Assembly (NCBI GenBank): GCA_030295235.1
Contig: AP026129.1
Coordinates: forward strand, 1,116,001 to 1,180,000
DNA: 64,000 bases
Direction of reading: 5' to 3'
Origin: Fistulifera solaris
Taxonomy: Eukaryota
Every line of letters starts with the position of its first letter. The first letter of the stretch is position 1. The translations under genes were made by a program, and so were the position numbers. Below the pieces are notes generated by a model. It saw only the letters and a list, made by a program, of their open reading frames with translations, was not told the DNA's origin and ran no database searches. Shown here piece after piece: positions 23,182-34,772 of this stretch.

Positions 23182-24126
23182 CTAGTTTTTGTCGAAACAT
23201 TCTGATGACGGTTGCGGTAGACCAAGCGATGCCGCACAACGCGTTGGATCGGGGCGCGCTCCGAAACAAGCTGGGTCATGGAGTGATGGAAAAATAGCTT
23301 TGAGTTCCGGACATGTTCCTAACACCCAATTCCGCGCCTCATACGACCAATCAGAGAGAGTACCAGTCACAACTAGAGGCCCGAAATCCGTGTTGTGAAT
23401 CAATGTGCCGTTTGCTGTCATTAGTTGATGCTTCGCCGGGCCAAACCATTCCGTTTCTTGCGTAGTCGCGAGACGATATTGGGAGCCTTCTTCATTGAGG
23501 CGACGAATCATTTGCACCAGTCGCGTATCGAATCGACGACCTTCCAGTTGATGCCAGTACAGTGAATTCATGGCTGCCAGCACCACTGTACGATTTTGCA
23601 ACGAATGCGTCGACCCATCGCCACCTTCGCCGTGCTTCCAAGGAATACCAATGTAGTCGATACCCTCCAGGTCGGACCACGATTTCTGGCTGTTACTGCA
23701 GAGAACACCATCGCCGTTGATTGTTAAAACGCGATCGGTGACAGCATTCTTCCAGACCCAACTGTCTTTCCATATTCTGTTGGGTTTGAGATGAGACAAA
23801 GAAGGAGGTAGCTCGGTCAAAACAACTCTAGGATGCTGTTTGAGGCGTCGCTCTAATCCGCGATGAAACTGCAAGACTTCGGAAAGGAATTCACGCTCAT
23901 AAAAGATTTGCAAGCCCCAATCGAGAGGAATGTTCGCGAGAGTATTGTCGACTAATACATTGTAGCGTTTGTAATACCATTTCGGTCGTCGCAGAAACAG
24001 CAGCGCTGCTACTCCATTCCAAGCCGGCAGACTCCGTTCGGTGTTATTACCCGATTCGCTGCTTTGCAAAAGAAACAAACAAAAGCACCATTGTAATACA
24101 ATGATAGCAATGAGAAACCGGATCAT
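23182..24126 (-). CDS. DUF5672-like putative glycosyltransferase with N-terminal signal/TM anchor
   Basis: Hydrophobic N-terminus. DRVLTINGDGVLC...DYIGIPW...GGDGSTHSLQNR resembles the DUF5672 pattern D.....DYIGAPW...GNGG.SLR. Confidence 0.65.
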   Translation of the reverse strand: MIRFLIAIIVLQWCFCLFLLQSSESGNNTERSLPAWNGVAALLFLRRPKWYYKRYNVLVDNTLANIPLDWGLQIFYEREFLSEVLQFHRGLERRLKQHPRVVLTELPPSLSHLKPNRIWKDSWVWKNAVTDRVLTINGDGVLCSNSQKSWSDLEGIDYIGIPWKHGEGGDGSTHSLQNRTVVLAAMNSLYWHQLEGRRFDTRLVQMIRRLNEEGSQYRLATTQETEWFGPAKHQLMTANGTLIHNTDFGPLVVTGTLSDWSYEARNWVLGTCPELKAIFPSLHDPACFGARPDPTRCAASLGLPQPSSECFDKN

Positions 24127-24807
24127 AACAACATGATGATCGGCACAAGATGATCGATTGCACTGTTTTTTTTTTTATTGAAAGGAAAAATGACTTTTTC
24201 GTTTTTCGTTCCAAACGTTTGTATCTCTCGCCGCGAATAAGGCGTCTCGTCCACTTTCCACTCTAGGAACCAAGTGTACTGACGCCAAAATGTTCCGACT
24301 CGAATTCAGTCGTGAGCTGTTGTGGTTTGTTGTTACGAATATTTTCATTTTGTTGGCAACACAAGAACCTTGTTGCGTATTAAAAAAAATAAGTGAATGA
24401 GCGTACCAGCAAAAAAAAATCAAAACTATCTCTACCGTCAGTATTGTTGCTTCATGTCGTTCGGGTGACTTTTCGTTCTTCTTCTTCGTCGTCGTCCTCC
24501 TCCAGATTTTTGGAAACGAGTGAGTAGCTCAACGATTGCCGACTGGATTTGAGTCACGAAACAGAAATGGACTCCGCTTCTTTTTTTTTCGACGACACGA
24601 CGATGCTACGACAAAGGACGCGAACGCGATGCTGGATGCAAAGGATCCTACCAGGTAAGGTGTTCTTTAAAAAGATCTTCCTCTTTTCGTCTGCTTGATT
24701 ATAAATCTGGAAGGTCAAATCAGCTATTTAGAATCATTCATCAACATGCCCATTTCACGAACGCGAGGAAAAACACGAAGCTGATCTGGATAAGACGCTC
24801 AGCAATT

Positions 24808-25720
24808 TTGCCGAACCTTTTAGCAAAACGCCGCAAGTTGTTGGATGGGCGAGACGAAGAATTGAAAAAGGCGTTCGAAAAATTAGAAAAGGAGAAGAAG
24901 AGTCTCGGCTGCGGAAATGACAGCGATGTCATTCATCTGAATGTAGGAGGTACTTTGATGGCGACTTTGCGTAGCACACTCACTTACCTCGATGACTCGA
25001 TGTTGGCAGCTCGCTTTTCAGGGCGGTGGGACGAAAGTATCGCGAAAGATAAGGATGGGAACTTTTTCATCGATCCGCCCATTGAGCTTTTTTCTTCTAA
25101 TGATCAACTTCATTCGTAACAAACAAGGTGAAACTCTTTTGGAGGGCGCTCCAAGCTCTCCTTCTTTGGAAACTTTTAATGACGATGATTTGAAATACGG
25201 TGATTTCAAGCGGATGGTGGAGTATTTCGGGATGACTCCAGGCATATACCCTGTCGAACTGGTAGACTATTCTATGGCGAGTAAGGAACGTCTTGCGGTT
25301 TCTGGTGCATCATCTACTTTGAAACTTGCGTTTGATGAGAGAAAAGTTTGTGTGCTGTTTCCGTCGAAACATTTTAGACAAATAATAGGGTTTGAAGTGA
25401 AGATTGGCGACTCCGTGAACCTACAAGTTGGATGGGCAAAGTCGCCGATTGTCGGAAATACCGACGTTTGCAGTAACGTACAATCGATAGTGCTAGATCT
25501 TGCGAGAGGTGGGATTTCTTGCCAAGGAAGTCTTGTGTCGGTGAGTAATACTATCCAGAATGGAACTTTTGTTAGATGTAAAAACTTTGGGAAAGAGTGG
25601 TTTATTGATGGAGAAAAGATAGTCGGGCCTTGGGAGAAAACATGGACGCTTCAAGGCGTCGTGCCTGTGATATCGGGCAAAGGTGAATGGGCGATTACTG
25701 CAGTGGAACTGGGTCCTTAA
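24808..25720 (+). CDS. KCTD-type BTB/POZ protein with C-terminal beta-rich (SPRY-like) domain; frameshift at T6 25088-25093; 5' exon(s) probably upstream near 24567-24800
   Basis: DVIHLNVGGTLMATLRSTLTYLDDSMLAARFSGRWDESIAKDKDGNFFID.P.ELF..MINFIR is a KCTD-type BTB domain. The C-terminal region includes VNLQVGWA and VVPVISGKG. Confidence 0.82.
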
Positions 25721-26049
25721 CTCCTTAGTTCTCTCTGTCGCTAACGGTGCCAATGGACAAGTCTGAGTGGAACGAGTCTCGGCAATGCTTATAACTTTTA
25801 CATGTAACGTTAACACTTCATCAAACCCACATCTTGTTAACTGTGATGCGGTCCTTTGACGCCAAAAGAGTAATTCAACTATTGCTCAAATGTAAATTGA
25901 GGGAACCATCTTTGCACAGCATCTTGAGGGCTAGGCGAATGCAGCATTCACGTAATCAAGATCACGGTTGGGTATATCATGCAGTCCAGCACACATTTTT
26001 TGTCATTTGACATTCAAGATGTGAGGGAATGAATCGTTTCGAAGCCCGG

Positions 26050-26430
26050 TCGCTAGATCCCAGTTCTTGTGATTGATTTTATGATTCATGCAGCAACTGA
26101 GAACAAGTCCCTCATCATTTTCATCGCATCAAATAATAGCACAAAAACGCGTCCGTCGTCGTAGCGACACAAGTTTCTTCGTGACTGCAATGCTGTCGAC
26201 GAATACATAGCGCTAGATGTCGCTAGAGGTACCCTTACTTGTAATGATGACTTCAATGAGTCGGTCACCATTTCTGTCCAACACGGAACTGTCGTAAACT
26301 GCAAAAACTTTGGAAAAAAGTCGTTCATCGACGCTGAACAGGTTGCAAATTGGTGTGACAGGGTGACTTAAGACGCTGTGCCTGTCATATCTGGCAATGG
26401 CGAGTGGATTATTACTGCAGTGGAACTAAA
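26050..26430 (+). pseudogene. Decayed partial paralog of the C-terminal domain of the adjacent BTB gene
   Basis: 26207-26430 translates IALDVARGTLTC...VQHGTVVNCKNFGKKSFIDAEQV...T*DAVPVISGNGEWIITAVELK, versus the upstream gene IVLDLARGGISC...IQNGTFVRCKNFGKEWFIDGEKI...QGVVPVISGKGEWAITAVELG. There is an in-frame TAA at 26369-26371. The 5' boundary is approximate. Confidence 0.8.
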
Positions 26431-26533
26431 GCAGATGGCACCACCAAATAGTGATCGAGCGGCATGCTCAAAACATTCATATAAGTTTTACATATTATTC
26501 ATTTCACAAATAAAGCAACGCTTAATCAATAAC

Positions 26534-28732
26534 CTAGCTTAGCACAGGCTCGTCTTCCACCCAGAGGCCGTCATGTCGAACAGTCCCATCCGCAAAGGTC
26601 TCCACGCCTTTACCATGAGCCATTCCATTTAACCATTCGCCTTTATAGCAGCGTCCGTCCTCCCAGGCGCAGACTCCATAACCTGAATATCGACCGTCTT
26701 TCCAGGAACCTTCGTAGCATCCTCCATCTGCAAATGTATACTTGCCTTGGCCTTCTCTTTGGCCGTTGCAGAACTCGCCCGTATAAATCGCACCGTCCGG
26801 CCACATGAAAGTTCCCGGTCCGTGTCGCTTATCCTCGCGGAACATGCCGTCATAAACACGTCCGTCGTTCCAGGAATACTTCCCTCGGCCGTGTCTTTGA
26901 TCAAATCGATATTCACCGCGATACTCGTCACCATTCGCAAAGGTGGCTTGACCGAACCCGTGCCATCGACCGTGACGCCACTCGCCATCGTAGGTGCGCT
27001 GATCTTCCCTGATACAACATTTTCCCCGAGCCATGTGGCATACCCGTCGACCGCAGAATCACACCCGTGTAAAAGCCACGATCGCCATAGGGGTCCAGAA
27101 TGCTTTTGTTGACAACGTTTTGTCGGTCGTCGCCAAACGTCGACGAGGCCACCGTCTGAGCTTGACTAGCGTTGTCGTCGGGAAATGAAACTCCACCCGC
27201 CCGCCGTTTCGGTGGCAATTCATTGCGAGGAGGACTTCTCGCTGGTCGAATCGATACTTCTTGTTTGGCAGGTTCACTTTCGACAGTTTCCGAACTTTCA
27301 CCCTTCATGTACAAATCGGCGTCGTAGGTTTCATCCAAGGACTGCTCTAACTCCAGCTCTTTCCGGGCATTTTCCATTTCTTGACCATTTTTGAAATGCC
27401 ACGTTTCCATCGCATCCTCCATGCCGAAATCCGAAATATTGGAAGGCGTTCGTTTGTGCAAGCTACTTTGTGATTTCTTGTCAATGACCAACGACTTGGG
27501 GACATCCGGTGAATCTGTATAATTTCGGGTTTCCATGGATGACTCAAAGTCTTGCGGTGGTCGCAAGTCGGGTAGATTGGCATTTTCCGTAATATCCACG
27601 TGAGTACTAGTCATACCGGATCCATTGACTATTTCAGGAGAAGTCACTCGCAGATTCGTATTGTTATTCGAAAACGTCGACTGTTGCTTGGTAACATTCG
27701 TGGGCGGAACGTTCGAAGAGTGAAAAATCGGACTTTGCTTCACAGTGTTGGATGTTGCCGCCGTGGAAGCATTAGCATTGTTGAGCTTGGCGACAACCGC
27801 TTGAACGGTGGAATGCTGTGGCGCGTTTGGAACTGGACTCGTCGAAACATTCTTAAAGCGAGTTGCACCAACCAGATTCTTTTTCTTGTTTTTATTGGGA
27901 GGCAAAGAATAGGCATTGTTGGAGAATGCAGGATTCGACCCCACGGGTGCTTTACTCATGTTGGGGTTCGTCGCTGTATTCGGATAGCCGGACCAACGTT
28001 GCTGTTGCTGTGACGGTTGTTGTTGTGGCGGCTGATACTGCTGATGATTTTGTGGTGGCTGTACATGCTGCTGATTTTGCTGCAAGTGCTGCTGCTGCTG
28101 CCATGCCGCTAGTTTAATTAATTTGAGCTCTTGTTGCATGCGCTCTTCCTGTTGCGACAACTTTTCTGTCAATAATGCGTTTTCGACTCTTAACTCTTGA
28201 ATCTGCAATCTCGCATTCTCTAGTTCCTGTTTTAACGTCAAACATTCTTGTTCCTTTTGCACGAGCATCCAATCTTGCATACTCTGCATGCGTTGCAACT
28301 GCATCGTCAAAGCATCAAGCGATGAGGGCGCGAGTGGTGGTGTCATACCCATCGCGGGCGTCGGAGGATTGACAAAGGGAGGAGCGGGCGGATTGGCGGT
28401 TGGACTTTTCGGATGTCGTGGAGGCAAAGCTCCGGGATGGCTGTTTTCGGAGGATGGAGGTTTCCATTGTTGTAGCGCGGTTTGCAAATCCGCCAACGAT
28501 TGCTGGGGCAATTCCTGAAGCTGCTGTCGTACCGCAGCTTGCTTCTCTGCAACGCCTGTCGCTGTGCCTGGAAATCGGCTTCGCATTGCTCACAGTAGAG
28601 TTGCGGAGTATCGTACGCACAAGAGGGATGTTTCGGGCACGCGTACTTCTTCGTCTCTTCATTGTAGATTAATGGTACGGTGGCCGAGGTTTGATGTGTA
28701 TTCCATGAATCAACCGTCCATGCATCTGACAT
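26534..28732 (-). CDS. MORN-repeat protein with N-terminal Cys/His motif, coiled coil and Gln-rich region (frameshifts near 28545 and 27008)
   Basis: The C-terminus has tandem Y.GEW..G..HG.G repeats (MORN). The N-terminus has CPKH....C..C, and the middle has a QQQ tract and a heptad region. Confidence 0.85.
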
Positions 28733-29355
28733 CTTTTGTGTGCTTAAAAAGGAATGGCAAATAAGATACGATGTAATGCAAATGAATGAATGAAATGAAT
28801 GTGAAGCACTGCTGTACTGCTTCCATTAATTTCTTGTTGTTAAGGAAGAGGGTGCCGACCGCGACGAGTACCGCGCGCCGCATTTACTTGTACTATCACA
28901 ATCACACGTTTCTTTCCCGCCGAGCAATCCTACAGTATTATGGGTGGGCCGTGCGGACGGACGAGAAAAGGGCCTTGGGTGGGTCGGGTCGTGTAAACCG
29001 CCACAACGGACACTACAATACTTCGAAAATGATAATGGAGAATGCACAATCCTGTGATCTGTGAGAGGCTATACGCCGGCCGGCCTCATTGGAATGGATA
29101 CAATTGAGTACAATTTAAGTCACACCACGAACCACAAAGGTATCTTCGAAGATCAAGAGAGTATTTGACGCGAGGCTTGCGATAACTAAGGACAACACCA
29201 ACAACAATCATTGATCGAGACTAGATGTACAGTGAACTAGTGATCAGCTGGCCTCTCAGCACTATCAAATCGTAATTGTGATTTACAACTGCTTATTTAT
29301 GCACTTCTTTTAAGCTTAGTTCACGAGATATGAATAGAAGGAAAGCGAAACCATC

Positions 29356-30698
29356 TCATGACTTGGGTCGTTTCGGAGTTGTAGCGGGAAATAGAAAAGA
29401 CGTCAGTTCATTCAAACTGGATTCCACTAAAGAAGGCGGCGGTGGAGGTATGAAACGTCCCGAGTCTCCACTTCCCGATCGGCTGGGTGGTCGGCTCCGT
29501 GGCGTCCTCTCCGCAGAACCCGTCGGTCGATCGGGTAACGAGTCCACGGCCCGTATGTGCGACTTGATTTGAGAGGCCAAAGCGGAAGAGGTCCGAACGA
29601 GTGCCGCAGGTAGGTGATCGGATTTGGAACGATCCACCGTTCGTTGTAGCGGTGCATTTGTATTTTGTATTGTATCCGGTTTCGATGCCGACAGTGGCGC
29701 TATCTTTGTTGGTTCCGTCGAATTTCGTTGCGAACCAACCTTTTCCGTGTGTGAATCGGAGGGTGCCTCGGACTGTAGACGATGTAACACAGATCGGGCC
29801 GTGGCTTGCCATGTAGGTCTGGAAATGGATTTTTCTGCAGATTGTTGTTGCGGTCGACTTACTTGTTGCTGAGAGGTGGAAGAAGAAAGTTGGGTGGACG
29901 AGTCGTCGGTTTTTATAGGACGCTCTGGACTTTGTGGCTCGGCCGAATGAACGGAAGATCCAGAAGTGCTCATGGATCTCTGTGCTTTTCGTAGCGGTAA
30001 TCGTTCACGACAGGAGGGACATGTGTGTAGCAGCATCTTTTTCAAATTGGTATTTTCTTGAATCACCTGATTGCGAGACAGTAGAAGGGAATTCAAATGC
30101 GTTTCAGCTGTCAAATCCACCCGACAAAACTGGTGACTGCCTCCCTCTGGCGACAAACTTTCCTTTTGCAGTTCATCAATTTGTCGTCGTAATGCATCGT
30201 TTTCTACCGTCAATTTCGATAAAATACCCGACGCTTCCGCGAGCTCCTGTTGCAACGAAACAATTTGTAATTGCAGATGCTGTATTTTTACAGCAGCGTT
30301 TAATTTGACGGCAACCAAGGCCTCAGCACAAATGCGTACAGACTGACGCAACCTGCTCCGTTCATCCATCGGATTCAATTCCGCGAGGCCGTTCATCACA
30401 CCCTTGGTCGCCGTCTGCAGATCACTGACGGTTTCTTGGAATTCGTATTGTATTTGTTGAAAAGACTCCTCGACTTTGGGATGACACCATCACCATCGTC
30501 ATCCGACAATTGATCCGCTAGTGCCGATTGCCGCAAAACCACGGGCTGCTGTAAAAACACCCGATGAATGGCTTCGGGTGCATATCGCTCTCGTTCTAAA
30601 ATACGGCTTGTTCGTCGTTTTTCCTTTTCGGATTGTTCTAAAATGGTCATCTTTTGCAGTAACACGTTTCCCCGTCTGGAATAGTCGTTCTCTTGCAT
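29356..30698 (-). CDS. Hypothetical coiled-coil protein with Ser/Pro-rich tail (frameshift near 30478)
   Basis: ORFs 30396-30698 and 29356-30399 join with one added C, giving VIPKVEESFQQIQYEFQETVSDLQTATKGVMNGL. Heptad-like LQLQIVSLQQELAEA and a CPSC motif follow. Confidence 0.55.
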
Positions 30699-31464
30699 AA
30701 TTTTTCTGCTGTTCCTGCTCTTCCCCGAACGATTTGATTAGATTATTTATTTACTGGTGAATTTGCTGGATTGAAGAAGTTTGACACTTCAAATTTTTGT
30801 GATGAAATAAATATGAAATAATACAAAACGATGACGACGAACAACGCGACGATGCGATGCGGTGGGGAACGTCTAAAACTCTTCGACAACTCATACTCGC
30901 AGAGTCACTGTAGAGGCCCTTAAGTAAGAAACAAGAAGTTGATGGCTCCGCCGCGCTCATTATTCCTCTTCATTTTTTATTGTTCGAACCTATCCGTGCT
31001 GCATAAGTTTTCTATTGTGATGACACTTTCACCCTTAGGTGAAAACTCATAGCTTCAGAAAGCTTAACATGGTTCGCCATCCCTACCGACCGGTGATAAA
31101 GCAATAGAAAGCATACATTCGGGTATACTCTGTTAATTTTATTTTCATTATTCAAAAGTGAAGCCAGTTAAAATCAAAACAATTTCTTTCTTCTTCATTG
31201 AAGAGTTCAAGTAGGTGACATTCTTGCAGAGAACCAAAAGAGCTTCCAATGGAACAACGAAAGCGTCATACGCGACGAACATAGTGACTCCAAACCATGG
31301 AAACAAAATCGCGGTTCTCATAAAATTCGGTTCGCACTGTCGGCAAATTATTTGACACCATGTTACTACTTATCTTCTTCCACAAATTATACGAAATCTC
31401 ACGAAAGCTCTGTTAGCGTCACGTGTCGACTGAGAAACGGGATTATTACAATCACTCTATCAAA

Positions 31465-32856
31465 ATGAGAAAATTTCCTCTTAACTTTTTGTGGGGAACG
31501 GCTACGGCGGCTTACCAAATTGAAGGAGCGGCGCGTCTCGAGGGTCGTGGACCGAGCATCTGGGACGCCTTCTCCCATATCCCCGGAAAGATACACGATG
31601 GTCACACGGGAGATGTCGCCTGCGATCATTATCATCGATACGAAGAAGACATTGCTCTGCTGAAAGATATGGGAGTCAACTGCTACCGATTCTCCATTTC
31701 GTGGTCTCGCATACTTCCGCAAGGACGGGGACAGGTCAACGAGAAAGGCGTTGCGTTTTACAACAAGCTCATTGATCTCTTAATAGAGAATGACATCGAA
31801 CCGTGGGTGACTATCTATCATTGGGACCTGCCGTTGGCACTGCAGATCGAAATGGACGGCTTGATGAATCCGGCTATTGCAACATGTTTTGCTGATTTCG
31901 CTCGGATTTGTTTTGCGCGCTTTGGAGATCGAATTCGACACTGGATCACTTTGAATGAACCATGGTGTTGCGCCTTATTGGGACACGGTAGTGGAGATTT
32001 TGCACCGGGTCGCGAGTCAGAGACGGAACCCTATTTGGTGGCGCACAATCTTTTGCGGGCCCACGCCTACATGGTGGATGTTTACCGTCGCGAATTTCAG
32101 TCGACGCAACGTGGAGTGATCGGCATTACCAACAACAGCAACTGGTACAGGCCTCTCACGGATTCCGAGGAAGATCGCGCTGCATCTGAACGTGCATTGG
32201 ACTTTACTTTGGGTTGGTTTGTGGAACCCATATATTGCGGGTGTTACCCGCAGACGATGCGCGACCGCATCGGATCCAAGCTGCCAGAATTTACTGAGGA
32301 TGACCGAGCGCTTTTGAGAGGATCGTCGGATTTTTTCGGACTCAATCATTACAGTACAAATTTAGCAGCAGAGCCACCAAGTTCTGGGATCATGGAGAAG
32401 AAGGCCCGTATTGGTGGAGGTATCATGGGAGAACACGGAGTGGATCTTACCGATGATCCATCGTGGAAGCAAACTGACATGGGATGGAACATTGTTCCCT
32501 GGGGTCTTCGAGAGCTACTTTGCTGGATCAGCACGCGATACGGTCACCCTCCTATCTATGTAACCGAAAACGGTTGTGCTATGCCTGGCGAGGGCGATCG
32601 CGAAGTGGCTTTGAATGACACGGGTCGTGTGGAATTCTTTAAAGAGTACCTGGGAGCCTGCCACGAGGCTATTGAGAGAGGCGCCGACCTGCGAGGGTAT
32701 ATGAGCTGGGGTATGATGGATAATTTTGAATGGGAGTACGGTGAAAGCAAACGCTTTGGTTTGATTTGGGTGGATTTTGAAAATCAGGATCGTTATCCCA
32801 AGGCGTCATATCACTGGTACTCAAATGTCTGCAAAAACAACGGCTTGGAGGATTGA
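31465..32856 (+). CDS. Glycoside hydrolase family 1 beta-glucosidase, intronless, no signal peptide
   Basis: FP.NFLWGTATAAYQIEGA, GDVACDHYHRY.EDI, YRFSISWSRI, acid/base TLNEP, nucleophile YVTENG, DNFEW..G.SKRFGL. Confidence 0.96.
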   Translation: MRKFPLNFLWGTATAAYQIEGAARLEGRGPSIWDAFSHIPGKIHDGHTGDVACDHYHRYEEDIALLKDMGVNCYRFSISWSRILPQGRGQVNEKGVAFYNKLIDLLIENDIEPWVTIYHWDLPLALQIEMDGLMNPAIATCFADFARICFARFGDRIRHWITLNEPWCCALLGHGSGDFAPGRESETEPYLVAHNLLRAHAYMVDVYRREFQSTQRGVIGITNNSNWYRPLTDSEEDRAASERALDFTLGWFVEPIYCGCYPQTMRDRIGSKLPEFTEDDRALLRGSSDFFGLNHYSTNLAAEPPSSGIMEKKARIGGGIMGEHGVDLTDDPSWKQTDMGWNIVPWGLRELLCWISTRYGHPPIYVTENGCAMPGEGDREVALNDTGRVEFFKEYLGACHEAIERGADLRGYMSWGMMDNFEWEYGESKRFGLIWVDFENQDRYPKASYHWYSNVCKNNGLED

Positions 32857-33207
32857 AGACTGTGTATCGCAACTTGAATGAATGATGAAGCTTGGTTTTG
32901 CGGTAGATACAGAGACCTTTTCATTGTATTCAGTGTGCCGTGTGTAATGATAATCTCAGTTATTGTAGCCTCCGTCTTGCTCGAACTATTCACAAATATA
33001 ACTTCTAACTCCAGCAATATTTAAGATAGAGTCGATGTGGACAGTCATGGGATGAGGTAACGTCTTGTTTGTGCAATGACATACCCTATAGTTCTATCAG
33101 AGATTTTGAAACGTAACAACTTCGTTGCTGTTATCGTCGTATACTTGAAAACTCGCGAAGTTTCTTCATGCTGCTTTTAGCGCACTAAGCGGCAGATATC
33201 CTTTCAA

Positions 33208-33905
33208 CTATTTTGGTTCGGAAATAACACCCTGGCGTAAAAGTCGAATTTCGGCAGCCAGATTGGATCGAGCTCGTTCTTCAAACATCTCCCGAAACAA
33301 GGATGTCTTGTAAATGTTTTGTTGTTGCAAAATGTTTCCAGTATATCCGCACGCTTCTGACAGTAAGTCTCTTGTGGAACATGTGAATATTCCTTCCTGA
33401 TAAGAATCGCGTATTGTTGATAGGCTTCCTCGGTTTTTCCCAGAACGGATAAATCCAAATCCAAAAAGAACGCCACTGCGGAAGTATCGCTGAGATCACC
33501 GGAATGGTGCGATTTGGTAGCGAGAATCATATTGTCGACCAACCCATTTGTTTCAAAGGACTGAAACAATTTGACACTGTCTTCTTCGTTCGTATTCGAT
33601 GTGGCATCATAAATGGCATCGTGAAAGAAAATGGCCAAAATGACCGCCCGTTGCTGTTCGGCTGACAACAGAAATTGTGGACGTAGGGAATGAAAATAAA
33701 GGAGCATTTCTTGTACATGAACCGCCGTATGGTAATGACGTGCCGGATCATCCGCTTGTAATTTCCACAACCGGTCAAACCACTCGACACCTTGCGCATC
33801 AGCCGAAACTAGTGGATGCCATTCGCTCCACAAATAGTCTCTCACTCCCTCTTTTCGGGAATCAAAGTCACCATTGGAAGCAATGGAAGAGATAACATCT
33901 GCCAT
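33208..33905 (-). CDS. HD-superfamily metal-dependent phosphohydrolase (COG4339-like); frameshift at 33329-33332
   Basis: RHYHT..H, AIFFHDAIYD...NEEDS, MILATKSH, FLDLDLSVLG, IRKEYSHVP. The corrected C-terminus reads FLQQQNIYKTSLFREMFEERARSNLAAEI. Confidence 0.88.
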
Positions 33906-34772
33906 GAGAAGTTGTGTGTGTCGTTTCAATGTAAAACACAACTAATAACGATCAAGCGACCGCTTATTATTTTTGGTTCATCATTAATATTATTTTTTCT
34001 CGTGCCATAGCGGCGTCATTCAAAGTAAATAGAGTTCAGGTTCAGGACACAGGGGGTCAACGGAACGCGATCTTGACGTATTTCTTCAGTCCAACGAGTA
34101 TATTATGGTACTGGGGCTGTTGAAGGTGTATTTCTTCTATTTTATAAAAGACCGTTGCAGCTTACCAAGCTAGTAGGACGAACGGTTGTTAAGAATTAGC
34201 TGTCTGCGGGTCGAAAGTCGAAAGAAGTTAATTCGTGACATGAATCCAGTCGTGTCAAAAAGTTAAGTGGCCTTCGTTCATTGAGACGACAACAATCCTC
34301 AACCCATAAGCGTTCTGACTAATCAAAATTCCAGACTGATTTTTGTAACTCTGTTGAAAAAAGTTCTACCTTGCCGGATCTTGTTGTCTTCGCAATAAGA
34401 GATGATACGATATACGTTCATCTTTCTTTCCATTCAGGTTTCAGGTACGGTAACGGTAGCTGTGTGAGAATCCGAATTCCGAATAGTGTGAAGTTGGGGG
34501 TGGAATGTCGAAAAACCAGGAATTTTTTCTAACAATTTCACATCCAAGTAGCTCCAACAAGTACCCGGTCGAGTACTTTCTTTATTCTGGTCTCCTCAGC
34601 AGTCTAATAAGTGGAAAGAACACACAATGGTGTGGCCAAGAAGTTGGGGTGTCGAAAATGTCACAGGAAACCTTTCCGGAATCCTCCAAGGCAAACAGGC
34701 AAGATTCATCATTTAGGGAGTTTTCCGTAATAGACTAATAAATCGTTCATTATTCTTGTATCAAACAATTAT

